From positions 640 through 64,639 of the forward strand of contig SOJW01000068.1 of NCBI GenBank assembly GCA_004375895.1: a stretch of 64,000 nt of DNA, given 5' to 3'. The stretch is from Candidatus Stahliibacteriota bacterium (GTDB lineage: Bacteria; Hydrothermota; Tepidihabitantia; B3-TA06). Every line of letters begins with the position of its first letter. Position 1 is the stretch's first letter. Positions 38,145 through 47,300 of this stretch are shown in pieces. Both the position numbers and the translations under genes were made by a program. The notes beneath the pieces are model-generated. The model worked only from the letters and a program-made list of their open reading frames with translations, did no database searches and was not told the origin of the DNA.

Positions 38145-39548
38145 CTATCCTCCTGCTCCGATATAGGCCAAAAGCGGCTTTATTGCAAAACTGGCACCGA
38201 AAAGGGAAAGGGATATCACAAGAACGAGTATGGAGAGGAAAACGGATTGAGACATCTGTGGCTCCGGTTTCTTGCCTATAAGAAAAACGGACGAAAAGAG
38301 CCTGAGCATGTAGAGCAGGGTGAGGATCGAAGCAAGGATAAATCCTGCTCCTATGAGGATCCTGCCGCTGGATAGGATGCCGAAGATGACGTCGAGCTTT
38401 GCAAAGAACCCGAGAAGTGGGGGCAGACCTATGACTGAAAGGGTTGCGATAATAACACCCACAAAAAGGATCGGGAAGTTAGCAACCAGCCGCCCCTTAT
38501 GTCTGATGCCACGTCCGCCCATCTCGCGCTCCACTATTCCATACCCCATAAGAAGTGTCGCCTTGCCTAATCCATGCGCGATTATGAAAAGAATCGCTCC
38601 GATCATGCCCAGCTGGGGCGATATAGCAAATCCTGCAAGAACGAACGCAAGCTGGCTTACGGTTGAGTATCCCAGGATGCGCCGGTAGTCGTTAACGACA
38701 AGGGCGACTCCACCCGTTACAATACTGGAAGCAAGCGCTATCCACAGGATGGAAAGCTGCCAAGCCCCGGAAAGCGCAAAGGTTTCCACAAAGATCTTCA
38801 TAAAGGCGATAAGTCCGAAGTTCTCCAGCATCCCGGCCAGGAGAGCTACTACCGGTGTGGGTGATACCGCATATGCCGATGGAACCCAGATGTAGAGTGG
38901 TATCACCGCAGACTTTGCGAAGACGCCGCAGAGTATGAAGATACCTGCAAGCACAGGCATAGGCTTGCCCACCATATCGCCCAGATTAAGCGAACCGAAC
39001 TCTGAAGCCAGAAGAAGGAACCCGACCAGCATAAAGGCTGAACCGAAGAAATTAATAAGGAGGGTTCTTGCGGCGATAGAGATCTTCTCCTGGGTTCGAC
39101 CGAAACCGATAAGCCGCCAGGCAGCCACCGCCGCTATCTCCCAGAAGATATAGATGAAAACAAGATCGTTGGTGAAAAGCAAACCCATTGCGGAGCCAAG
39201 CATGAAAAGCATTAAGGAATAATACTCGGTATCTGCTTCTTCACTCTTCCGGAAGAACCCGAAGGAAAAAAGCATTATGATCAGACAGAGGAAGACAAAG
39301 GCAGCGGCGATAACAAGGGTTATGGGAGAAGTAAAGAACTGCGGGGATTCTGCCGATCCCAAAATATGCCAGAGCCTGAATCCTTTATTGCTCGCCGAGG
39401 TGAAGTTCAGCGCCAAAAGTAATCCAGTAGCAAGAACGGTCAAAAGACTGAATATCCACCGCAGCACCCGCAGGAAACGCCCGGGGAAGAGCACCAATAG
39501 ACCACCTATGAAAGGCACCGCGATAAGCAAAAGCAGCACAACGTTCAC
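38145..39548 (-). CDS. NuoL/M/MrpD-like proton-translocating subunit (467 aa)
   Basis: IFWEI, KSAVIPLYIWVP, RILGYSTVSQ, HGLGKATL, GLPPLLGFFAK. Confidence 0.88.
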   Translation of the reverse strand: MNVVLLLLIAVPFIGGLLVLFPGRFLRVLRWIFSLLTVLATGLLLALNFTSASNKGFRLWHILGSAESPQFFTSPITLVIAAAFVFLCLIIMLFSFGFFRKSEEADTEYYSLMLFMLGSAMGLLFTNDLVFIYIFWEIAAVAAWRLIGFGRTQEKISIAARTLLINFFGSAFMLVGFLLLASEFGSLNLGDMVGKPMPVLAGIFILCGVFAKSAVIPLYIWVPSAYAVSPTPVVALLAGMLENFGLIAFMKIFVETFALSGAWQLSILWIALASSIVTGGVALVVNDYRRILGYSTVSQLAFVLAGFAISPQLGMIGAILFIIAHGLGKATLLMGYGIVEREMGGRGIRHKGRLVANFPILFVGVIIATLSVIGLPPLLGFFAKLDVIFGILSSGRILIGAGFILASILTLLYMLRLFSSVFLIGKKPEPQMSQSVFLSILVLVISLSLFGASFAIKPLLAYIGAGG

Positions 39549-40738
39549 GATCCGCCTCCCATGCGTGCCGTCTTCTCCTGAGAAAGCTTCACAAGATCAT
39601 CCCATGTGTAGAGAAGTTTACCTTTGGTGTTGAATGCTGCGATTCGTTCGGTGCAGCAGTAGCAAGGGTCAACCGCAGCCAGGGTGATGGCGGCATCGGC
39701 AACCGAGGCGCCTAAGACGGCCACCTCGTTGGACTTGATATTCATAAAGCTTGGGGCGCGGATCTTGTAGCGCACCGGATAGAGTGAACCATCCCCCTTA
39801 ACGTAGTGGAAGACCTCACCGCGAGGCGCCTCGTAGCGGCCGATACCCTTGCCGTCAGGCGGATACTCCATGCGGGCATCTATCTCGCCCGCTGGCAAAT
39901 CCTTCAGCTTCCCAAGACACTGACGGATAATCTTGGTGGACTCAAAGCACTCAAGCAGACGAACCTTGGCCTTGGCAAACACATCCCCTTCATGTAAAAC
40001 TATCTCTTCCCACTCGATCCAATCATAGGCGGCATGCGGATCGTCCTTGCGAACGTCAGTCGCCAGACCCGAGGCACGAGCCGTGGGTCCGACAACGCTG
40101 TACTCTACCGCCTTCTCCTTAGTAAGGACCCCGACACCCTCAAGCCTGCGGTGGAGCACAGGATCATCCAGTATAGCCTTGGTAAGCATCATGATCTTCT
40201 TATCGGCGGCGTCAAGCACCTGCAAGAGCGGTGGGATCATACCGCCTTCGATGTCGCGGCGAACCCCGCCTGGCTTGAACATCGCGTAGTGGTTGCGGTT
40301 TCCGGTAATTAGCTCAAGCATCTCCAGCACAGGCTCGCGGTACTTCCACGCCCACATCCAGACGGTGTTGTAGCCCAAAAAGTGCCCGGCAAGCCCGACC
40401 CAGAGGAGGTGGGAGTGCAAACGCTCAAGCTCGCCGACGATGGTACGGATGTATGCGGCGCGTGGCGGGATCTCGATGCCTGCCGCGTCTTCGATTGCCT
40501 GCACGCATGCGAATGGATGCGAGGTGGAACATATCCCGCAGATGCGCTCAACAACAAAGGGGATCTGGTCATAGGTTTTGCCCTCGCATATCTTCTCGTG
40601 GCCGCGGTGCATGTAACCGAGCTGAATGTCGAGCCCGACTACCTTCTCCCCCTCGACCGTCAGCTTGAAGTACTCGGCCTCCTCCTGCAGAGGGTGGAAC
40701 GGCCCGATGGGGATTATCTTACGTTCGAGTTCAGCCAA
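39545..40738 (-). CDS. Group 4 [NiFe]-hydrogenase large subunit; TTG start at 40738
   Basis: Both Ni-binding motifs: ERICGIC and DPCYCCTER, plus ~30-aa C-terminal extension; PIGPFHP, EAPRGE; SD AGGAGG. Confidence 0.9.
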   Translation of the reverse strand: MAELERKIIPIGPFHPLQEEAEYFKLTVEGEKVVGLDIQLGYMHRGHEKICEGKTYDQIPFVVERICGICSTSHPFACVQAIEDAAGIEIPPRAAYIRTIVGELERLHSHLLWVGLAGHFLGYNTVWMWAWKYREPVLEMLELITGNRNHYAMFKPGGVRRDIEGGMIPPLLQVLDAADKKIMMLTKAILDDPVLHRRLEGVGVLTKEKAVEYSVVGPTARASGLATDVRKDDPHAAYDWIEWEEIVLHEGDVFAKAKVRLLECFESTKIIRQCLGKLKDLPAGEIDARMEYPPDGKGIGRYEAPRGEVFHYVKGDGSLYPVRYKIRAPSFMNIKSNEVAVLGASVADAAITLAAVDPCYCCTERIAAFNTKGKLLYTWDDLVKLSQEKTARMGGGS

Positions 40739-41255
40739 AGGACCTCCTATAGGGATGATAGTCATCAGGTGAGTCGTCCGGAAGCAAGAGATGACGGGTA
40801 TCACCCAGACCGCGGAACCCGATTCCAAGTATCTCGTGCATCTCGCGCTCAATCCACTCGAAGCCGCGGCCAAGAACGGAAAGGGAGTCAACCTGAGGAT
40901 CGTCGTGAGGCAGCGTAACCCGGACGTTTATTAAAAGACCGAGACGATCCAGGGAGAAGTGATAGAGTATGGTAAATCCCCTCGGGATATCTTCGCCAGT
41001 GGCGATCGAGAAGCGACAGCCAAGGGTATTGAAGCAGAAATCGGCGACCTTAACGACATCCTCGGCGGCTATCTCCCAGTACCAGCGGCGCTTACGGACA
41101 AGGTTGAGCTCTCCTTCGGGGTAGAACTCGCGGCATTGCCCCTCTACCCGCTTGAACTCAGCCTCGCTGTCCCTTTGATGACAGAAGCCTTTGTCACCGA
41201 TATAAGCGCCGTTCTTTTCAAGATTCTTGGTCTTGGTTACTTCATCAGGCATCAC
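40731..41255 (-). CDS. NuoC/MbhK-like subunit
   Basis: RFSIATG.D, ILYHF, WIEREMHEILGI.F.G, HLLLPDD. Confidence 0.88.
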   Translation of the reverse strand: MMPDEVTKTKNLEKNGAYIGDKGFCHQRDSEAEFKRVEGQCREFYPEGELNLVRKRRWYWEIAAEDVVKVADFCFNTLGCRFSIATGEDIPRGFTILYHFSLDRLGLLINVRVTLPHDDPQVDSLSVLGRGFEWIEREMHEILGIGFRGLGDTRHLLLPDDSPDDYHPYRRSFG

Positions 41256-41692
41256 AGGTCCTTAAGTTTCTTTATCTTTTCGATAGCGCGCACCACCCCG
41301 AGTATCATCGCCTCGGGCTTGGGCGGGCAGCCACCTATGTAAACATCAACCGGAATATGCTTATCCAAAGGGCCGGCGAAGTTGTAGGAGTCCACGAATA
41401 AATCACCGGAGATAGCGCACGAGCCGAACGCAGCAACCAGGCAGGGTTTAGGGGTCTGGGCGTAGACGCGCAGGACCCGGTCGAGAACCTTTTTATTCAC
41501 CATACCGGTAACCAGAAGCAAGTCTGCGTGACGCGGGGAGCCGACAAGAAGAAGCCCGAAACGCTCCACGTCGAATCGAGGGGTCAGGAGGTCGAGTATC
41601 TCGATATCACAGTTGTTGCACGGGCTTGCGGAAACGTGGTAAACCCACAAAGAACGGGCAAGTGCACCTTTCTTAAGTCCTTTCAACATCAC
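41252..41692 (-). CDS. Group 4 hydrogenase small subunit (NuoB/MbhJ-like)
   Basis: CNNCDIE, SPRHAD, GSCAISG, GGCPPKP. Confidence 0.92.
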   Translation of the reverse strand: MMLKGLKKGALARSLWVYHVSASPCNNCDIEILDLLTPRFDVERFGLLLVGSPRHADLLLVTGMVNKKVLDRVLRVYAQTPKPCLVAAFGSCAISGDLFVDSYNFAGPLDKHIPVDVYIGGCPPKPEAMILGVVRAIEKIKKLKDL

Positions 41693-42636
41693 AGCCCCAC
41701 AGCAGCCAGTATGAATCCCACGATCGAGAGGACTAAAACGATAGACCAGAAGAAACGCAACGCCTGATCTATCCGCAGCCGGGGATTCGTGTTCTTGATA
41801 AGGATGATCAAAACGATTATTGCCACAGGCTTAAGCCAACCCAGGATGTGGTACCAGCCTTGGCGCGGCGAGCGGAAACCGCCCCAGAAAAACACGGTAA
41901 GAAAGATGCTTGCCGTAAAGTAAAGCATCGCCTTGGTTAGTTTGAGCACGGCCAACGCAGGACCAGAATACTCCAGTATGGTTCCACCCATGATCTCCTG
42001 CTCCGCCTCGGCTATATCGAAGGGAACAAACCCCAGCTTGGCCTGCATGCATAAAAACGCCGAGACAAAAGCAATCGCCCCTGAAGCTGAGTAAAGAAAC
42101 GGATGATTGGCCCATTGCCACTGCAGCAAATCCCCTATCTTCAGGAGTCCGCCTGACTTGACTATGATCGTGGCCAGAGCAAAGAGCAGCGGAAGCTCAT
42201 AGGCAAGATAAAGCGTCATCTCACGCGAGGCACCAAGCGCTGAGATCGGGTTGGAGGAGGCCGAAGCACCAATGATCAGAATAATCGGCACGAACACAAA
42301 GAGGTAGAGAACGACTATCAAATCACCTGCAAACGCCTGCTGGGGGAACATATTGGAAACAAGAAGCACGGTGGATAGGACACTCACCGAGGCAAGCCCT
42401 ACAAGTGGAGCGCCAAGGAAAATAGAACGTGGAGCACCTTCAGGCACAAAGGTATCTTTACCTAGAAGCTTGAAGAAATCGTAAAACGGCTGAAGCAGGG
42501 GCGGACCGACCCTGAACTGCACCCGGGCGGTTACCTTACGATCTATCCAGGTGTAAAGAAGTCCAACCACGCTGGTAAAGAGGAACCCTGGGAAGACAAG
42601 GAGATAGAAGAACACCCAGCCGACGCTCATATTCAT
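41689..42636 (-). CDS. NuoH/MbhM-like membrane subunit
   Basis: IDRKVTARVQFRVGPP..QPFYDFFKL, PFDIAEAEQEI..G..LEYSG. Confidence 0.92.
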   Translation of the reverse strand: MNMSVGWVFFYLLVFPGFLFTSVVGLLYTWIDRKVTARVQFRVGPPLLQPFYDFFKLLGKDTFVPEGAPRSIFLGAPLVGLASVSVLSTVLLVSNMFPQQAFAGDLIVVLYLFVFVPIILIIGASASSNPISALGASREMTLYLAYELPLLFALATIIVKSGGLLKIGDLLQWQWANHPFLYSASGAIAFVSAFLCMQAKLGFVPFDIAEAEQEIMGGTILEYSGPALAVLKLTKAMLYFTASIFLTVFFWGGFRSPRQGWYHILGWLKPVAIIVLIILIKNTNPRLRIDQALRFFWSIVLVLSIVGFILAAVGL

Positions 42637-43100
42637 TGACGCCTCCAGGATGGTGAACGGGAGATGAACCGATCGTTTACAGGCGTCTTGGGGAGCTCAT
42701 CAACACTTATATATTTAAGGGCGAAGGAAGAACAACTGGCCACACATCTGGGGCCGCCATCCCGCTCTTGACAGTAGTCACACTTCGTGGCGATGTGTCT
42801 TTCCAGATACTGCTGAATGACCCCGAAAGGACATGCAAAGGTACAGGACTGACAGCCCACGCAAAGGAAGGGACGATGAACAACCACTCCGGTCTCCTCA
42901 TCCTTTACAAGGGCTTCTGTGAGACAGGAAGCTGCACATAAAGGGTCCTCGCAGTGACGACAGGCAGAGGGAAGATTGGCCTGTCCCGCTATATACCCAT
43001 GACGGATACGCGGCTCACCGTGGTGGGACTGCATACAGGCCGCTCTGCAACTCTCGCAACCGCAGCATAGATCAAGATCAAGGACTATTACCTTTTCCAT
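42633..43100 (-). CDS. HycB/CooF/DmsB-like 4x[4Fe-4S] protein
   Basis: CCGCESCRAAC, CRHCEDPLCAASC, CVGCQSCTFACP, KCDYC...RCVASC. Confidence 0.9.
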   Translation of the reverse strand: MEKVIVLDLDLCCGCESCRAACMQSHHGEPRIRHGYIAGQANLPSACRHCEDPLCAASCLTEALVKDEETGVVVHRPFLCVGCQSCTFACPFGVIQQYLERHIATKCDYCQERDGGPRCVASCSSFALKYISVDELPKTPVNDRFISRSPSWRRQ

Positions 43101-44689
43101 ATCCTGCTCCATGAAGGCTTAAGCAGGCCTTCGCCGGTTGCCGAATCCGTGCCCAGCTCAAAGAGCGCAAGCGAGGGTTGATGGTTCGTGCTGACAACCG
43201 CAACGCCAGAAGGTATACCGGGCTGAATCCTCGTGCTTAACCAGGCCTCCCCCTGTTCGGTCTCAATCCCGACCTCTTCCTTATCCTTAACCCCAAGCGA
43301 GGAGGCATCTTCAGGGCTAAGCTTAACCCAGGCCTCTTCGGCAAAGATGGAAAGAAAGCCAATCGCTGACTGGGTTCCTACAAGAAGATAATCCCTGCCC
43401 CTTCTTCGCTTTGCCTTGTAAGACACAAGCGCCTCGGCACGCTCATCGATCGCGGCATCATCCAACGCTTCATGATTCCCAACCAGGGACTCTACCGGCT
43501 TCACCGTGCCACCCAGGCGCCTTATATACTCCCCTGCTGGCAGGCTGCCGGAAAGTGGGGGAAGTTCACCGGTGAGTTCTGCATCACCGAAAAGGGTAAG
43601 GATACTTCCCTGCTTCTCTAGCTCCGCGGTCATCGGCAGAACGAGCTCCAACTCAAAACGTCCGTCCGGGATAAAAAGAGCCCCTGCGGCCACAAACTCG
43701 GCCTTACGAAGAACCGGCTTCAGTTGAGGCTGACCCCAGGGGAAGTAAGCGCCAAAACTCACCACCGCCTTGATGCGTCCTCCCATGAGCATGGGAAGAT
43801 AGGAGTAGAAGGAACTCCTAACCCCGGAAGGCACCCTGCGACCAAGGGGAAGATACCTCATCTGCTCAAGCACGCCGGCGAGCCCAAGAGCGGCTGCGTG
43901 GGTAAGAAAGGGATCAAAGCTGCGGCCACGGGAAGGCGCATTCACAAGAACACCATCCTTGTTGCGAATCATCAAAGCAACAGCCTCAAAGGTCGAGACC
44001 TCAACCCCGCATGCCTCGGTAATAGACTCAAGATCAACCTTATCGCTCGCAATGTGTTTATAAAGACCGTATAAAAACAGCCCCTCGTAACCGGCTTTTA
44101 CCTGCACGAATCTGTGGGCAAAGTGCGAGGTGTTGGTCTCGAACGCATCTACCACTATGTAGCGAAACTTCCGGTTATCACCCTTTGCCTTGCCGAGGTA
44201 GCCAGAGATAACCGAGTCCTGACCAAAGGCGTCCCCCACAATGAAGGCATACTCACCGGTGGTGATCTTCTCTACAGAGGTTGCCGGCGACTTACCGTAA
44301 AGGAACGCCGACTCCGGACCTAACGTTACGTAAGCCAGATTCTCGTAGCCAGCTCCGCGGGTCCATGCCGCGAGCAAAGCAGCCTCCTCACAGGTAAGCG
44401 AGGCGTCGTAGACCACAAGCACCTCGTCAGGCTTGAAGTCAGTAAGCCTTTGACGAAGATACCCTATCGCCTCTGCCAACGAAGCCTGCTCGCCCTTTAT
44501 GATAGGATGATAAAGTCGCTTACGGTGATTGGCTATCTCGGCAGCCGCGTTTCCTTTAGGGCAAAGACTGCCTTCATTACGTGAATCGGAAACATAATCT
44601 ACTCTCCTGATATCCCTTCCCTTAACCTCGAACCCCAACTCGCAGCCCAGGTTGCAGAATGGACATACGGTGCGAGTGGTCTTGCTCAT
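43088..44689 (-). CDS. Molybdopterin-oxidoreductase-fold (NuoG C-terminal/FdhF-like) protein; start ATG 44689
   Basis: VCPFCNLGC...SLCPKG [4Fe-4S], C-terminal dinucleotide-binding-like region (LSPEDASSLGV); no Mo-ligand Cys/Sec motif recognised. Confidence 0.75.
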   Translation of the reverse strand: MSKTTRTVCPFCNLGCELGFEVKGRDIRRVDYVSDSRNEGSLCPKGNAAAEIANHRKRLYHPIIKGEQASLAEAIGYLRQRLTDFKPDEVLVVYDASLTCEEAALLAAWTRGAGYENLAYVTLGPESAFLYGKSPATSVEKITTGEYAFIVGDAFGQDSVISGYLGKAKGDNRKFRYIVVDAFETNTSHFAHRFVQVKAGYEGLFLYGLYKHIASDKVDLESITEACGVEVSTFEAVALMIRNKDGVLVNAPSRGRSFDPFLTHAAALGLAGVLEQMRYLPLGRRVPSGVRSSFYSYLPMLMGGRIKAVVSFGAYFPWGQPQLKPVLRKAEFVAAGALFIPDGRFELELVLPMTAELEKQGSILTLFGDAELTGELPPLSGSLPAGEYIRRLGGTVKPVESLVGNHEALDDAAIDERAEALVSYKAKRRRGRDYLLVGTQSAIGFLSIFAEEAWVKLSPEDASSLGVKDKEEVGIETEQGEAWLSTRIQPGIPSGVAVVSTNHQPSLALFELGTDSATGEGLLKPSWSRIWKR

Positions 44690-45498
44690 ACGAAGGGATC
44701 CTCCAGATGCTTGATTCGATCCCAGGTAATCACAGGACCGTCCTTGCAGCAGAAGAGTTCTCCCAGCCGGCAGTGGCCGCACTTACCGAATCCACACGAC
44801 ATGTTCTTCTCCATCGAGAGGTAGATATCCTCATCTGCAAACCCCAGCTCAAGGAGCCTTTTGGTGGCAAACTTCATCATGACAGGCGGTCCGCAGGCAA
44901 CGGCAAGGCCGTCATTGGGTTTGAAGGGAAGATTGTCCAAAAGCACGGTCACAACGCCCACCTTCTCCTTCCAGTTCTTATCCCCCACGTCAACGCTGCG
45001 GCGTATCTCCACATTCTTGATCTTGCCCCACTCCTTGAACAGACGGTCGTAGACTATATCCCTGGGGGTGCGTGCCCCGTAGTAGAGATGAATCTTCTTG
45101 TATGCGGAGACGTTGTGCAGAAGTGCAAGGAAGAGCGATCGCAGCGGGGCAAGTCCGACGCCGCCGCCCACTATAAGCACGTGACGCCCTTCATAGCGGT
45201 CTGTCTCATAGGGTACGCCATACGGACCGCGGACAGCCAATGTGTCGCCAGGACGAACATCAAAGAGCTTCGAGGTGACGCGACCGACCTTCATTATCGT
45301 AACCTCCATACTCTCCTCCACGTAAGGAGAGGACGAGGGTGTAAATGGTGCCTCTCCAACCCCGGGGGCCGTCAGCTCGATAAACTGACCCGCGTGGAAT
45401 GAGAGCGCCGGCTTTGGCTCCAGCGTAAACGTGCGGATGGTCGGGGTCTCGATTATAACTTCCTTGACCTTAGCCTGGCGGGATTCGTAGGGATTCAT
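44686..45498 (-). CDS. FAD/NAD(P)H-binding subunit, AsrB/HydG/FlxA family
   Basis: GQF, RGPYG, GGGVGLAPLRS, CGPPVMM, MSCGFGKCGHC..CCKDGP. Confidence 0.92.
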   Translation of the reverse strand: MNPYESRQAKVKEVIIETPTIRTFTLEPKPALSFHAGQFIELTAPGVGEAPFTPSSSPYVEESMEVTIMKVGRVTSKLFDVRPGDTLAVRGPYGVPYETDRYEGRHVLIVGGGVGLAPLRSLFLALLHNVSAYKKIHLYYGARTPRDIVYDRLFKEWGKIKNVEIRRSVDVGDKNWKEKVGVVTVLLDNLPFKPNDGLAVACGPPVMMKFATKRLLELGFADEDIYLSMEKNMSCGFGKCGHCRLGELFCCKDGPVITWDRIKHLEDPFV

Positions 45499-46517
45499 AG
45501 CGCCCTCAGGACCTCACGAATGTCTATCTTACCCGTGCACCCGGCGATACAGCGCCCGCAGCCGGTGCACGCGGAAACCTTGAAGTTGCGCGGAAAGGCC
45601 ATAAACTTGCACTCGAAACGGTTACGCAGCCGGTGAGAAAAATGTGCAAGCGGGTTCACGCCACCGCCTACCCTGCCATAGGCGGCGTGGTAGCACCAGT
45701 CAAGCACCTTGACACGCTCAACACCCTTACCGACAGGGATATCATAAAGCAGGAAGCAGTAGCACGTCGAACAGATCCGCTCGCAGGCCTGGCAGTCAAC
45801 ACAGTTGGCCAGGGCCTTGGCCCAGAACGTGGTGTCAAGTTGATGCTCAATCCGATCGGGAAGGTCCGGGGCAAACTCATCGGGGTTGACCTTGGCAAGC
45901 TTGCGCTCGGCGTCGGTACGATGTTTGTCGCGCTTCTTAATCTCTTTTTTATCCACCTCCTTGAGAAGGTCCCCCATCTTCTCAACGATCTCTTCCCCCT
46001 TTGCGGAAAGCACATCCACGATTATCCCCTCCTCGCCAAAGGATAGGTTCAGGTCTCCACCCCAGACAGAGTAAGGTTTGCCGCCGATCCGCAGGCAGAA
46101 GCAGGTATCTGCAGGCTCAGGGCAATCCACGGTAACAACGAGATACTTCTCCCGGCGTTCCTTGTAGAACGGGTCCTCGAGCACGCCCTTAAGGTAGACG
46201 TTATCCTGAATCTCAATAAGCGAGCGGATGTCGCAGTCCTTCGCTCCCACTATCACCTTAGGTTTGATGTCCTTGGAGAAAAGCTGCGGGAAGCTTGCCA
46301 CCCGTTCACGTGAGCCTAAGAAAAATTCCTTCAAAGGCTCTACCGGTCGAACCATCTTGAGGGCTTGGTGAAGTTCCTCTGCTGCAATCTCCTCCTCGCG
46401 CCAGAGCTCGTAGATGGCGTGACGGTCAAACACGCGCGGGTAGTAGGTTTCGCCATATTTTGCCAACTGGGTATAGAACGCAGGAATTGAGGCTAGGGGT
46501 AAAAAAAGAGACCTCAT
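45495..46517 (-). CDS. AsrA/HydB/FlxB-family 4Fe-4S subunit, first gene of the hydrogenase operon
   Basis: GAKDCDI, C.EPADTCFC, CVDCQACERICSTCYCF, CTGCGRCIAGC. Confidence 0.9.
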   Translation of the reverse strand: MRSLFLPLASIPAFYTQLAKYGETYYPRVFDRHAIYELWREEEIAAEELHQALKMVRPVEPLKEFFLGSRERVASFPQLFSKDIKPKVIVGAKDCDIRSLIEIQDNVYLKGVLEDPFYKERREKYLVVTVDCPEPADTCFCLRIGGKPYSVWGGDLNLSFGEEGIIVDVLSAKGEEIVEKMGDLLKEVDKKEIKKRDKHRTDAERKLAKVNPDEFAPDLPDRIEHQLDTTFWAKALANCVDCQACERICSTCYCFLLYDIPVGKGVERVKVLDWCYHAAYGRVGGGVNPLAHFSHRLRNRFECKFMAFPRNFKVSACTGCGRCIAGCTGKIDIREVLRAL

Positions 46518-46525
46518 TGCCGCGA

Positions 46526-46553
46526 ACTATACACAGAAATCAGGGCTTGTCAA
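46526..46553 (-). promoter_or_regulatory. Promoter of hydrogenase operon, probably leaderless
   Basis: TTGACA-16-TATAGT-TCGCGGCA-ATG. Confidence 0.72.
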
Positions 46554-46631
46554 GTTATTTGAACGTTAATTAAACTGGATATCAGGCGCACGGCATCTTG
46601 TGTCTTACGGGTTGCTCTCCCTGTGTCCCCT

Positions 46632-46662
46632 GCGATCTTTTGTGCGCCAGCACAAAAGGAGC
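46632..46662 (+). repeat. Covarying hairpin element, copy 2
   Basis: GCGATCTTTTGTGC-GCCA-GCACAAAAGGAGC. Confidence 0.8.
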
Positions 46663-46666
46663 AATT

Positions 46667-46822
46667 TTGCATTTTGACCGTAGGACGACGCTTGCGGAGC
46701 TATCTTCCAATCTGTAATCTTCTAATCTTCCAATCTTCAATCTGTAATCTGAAATCGCGACGCAGTCGCGCCCCTATTGCCGTTCGCTGTCAGCTGTTCG
46801 CCGTGAGCCGTATGCCGTCAGC
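46667..46822 (+). repeat. Composite repeat block: 33-bp segment shared with 48276-48308, AATCTTC-type units, GCGACGCAGTCGC hairpin, TGAGCYG units
   Basis: TTGCATTTTGACCGTAGGACGACGCTTGCGGAG identical at both sites; hairpin at 46757-46769. Confidence 0.8.
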
Positions 46823-46832
46823 CGAGATTGCG

Positions 46833-47300
46833 TCAAGGAGATATGACGGGGTTAGATTTGGATGGCCAATATCTTTTTCTGGCGCGTATGAAATATATCA
46901 ACCAAGCGATAGGTATCCCGAATGTTAAAACTACGACAATCAAAAGAAACAAAAGTTGTCCCGTCGTTTCCGCTTCAATTTCTCCCCTGAACAACCACCA
47001 TATCCACGATACTGAACGATAAACAAGCGTAAAAGCTAACGTAACAAGCGCAAAAATCCAGCCGATTTTACGTTTAATCAGCATCGTGACAGCTGATGCA
47101 ATCAATATGAGGATATTAAAACATCTCAGCCCAAACGCTTTGAAGACGTCCAACCAGATGACATCAGGGTCACCTTCGATTCCATGAGAAATCTCGACAA
47201 TCGTCCCAACTATAAGTACCCCTCCCACAATAAGACCTCCAACCACCCAGATCCACGCAGGCCAGTGCAGCTTGGACGACGCCGCTTTCTCCTCAACCAT
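46833..47300 (-). CDS. Membrane protein, one copy of an LHWP...W..YF..AR.RY module
   Basis: Four hydrophobic helices; SKLHWPAWIWVVGG ... WLIYFIRARKRY. Confidence 0.75.
   Translation of the reverse strand: MVEEKAASSKLHWPAWIWVVGGLIVGGVLIVGTIVEISHGIEGDPDVIWLDVFKAFGLRCFNILILIASAVTMLIKRKIGWIFALVTLAFTLVYRSVSWIWWLFRGEIEAETTGQLLFLLIVVVLTFGIPIAWLIYFIRARKRYWPSKSNPVISP

Noticed and set aside
31610-42636. Respiratory complex I (nuo) or Mbx-type annotation
   Set aside because: The large subunit keeps both Ni-binding CxxC motifs (RICGIC, DPCYCC) and the operon has a full Mrp set.
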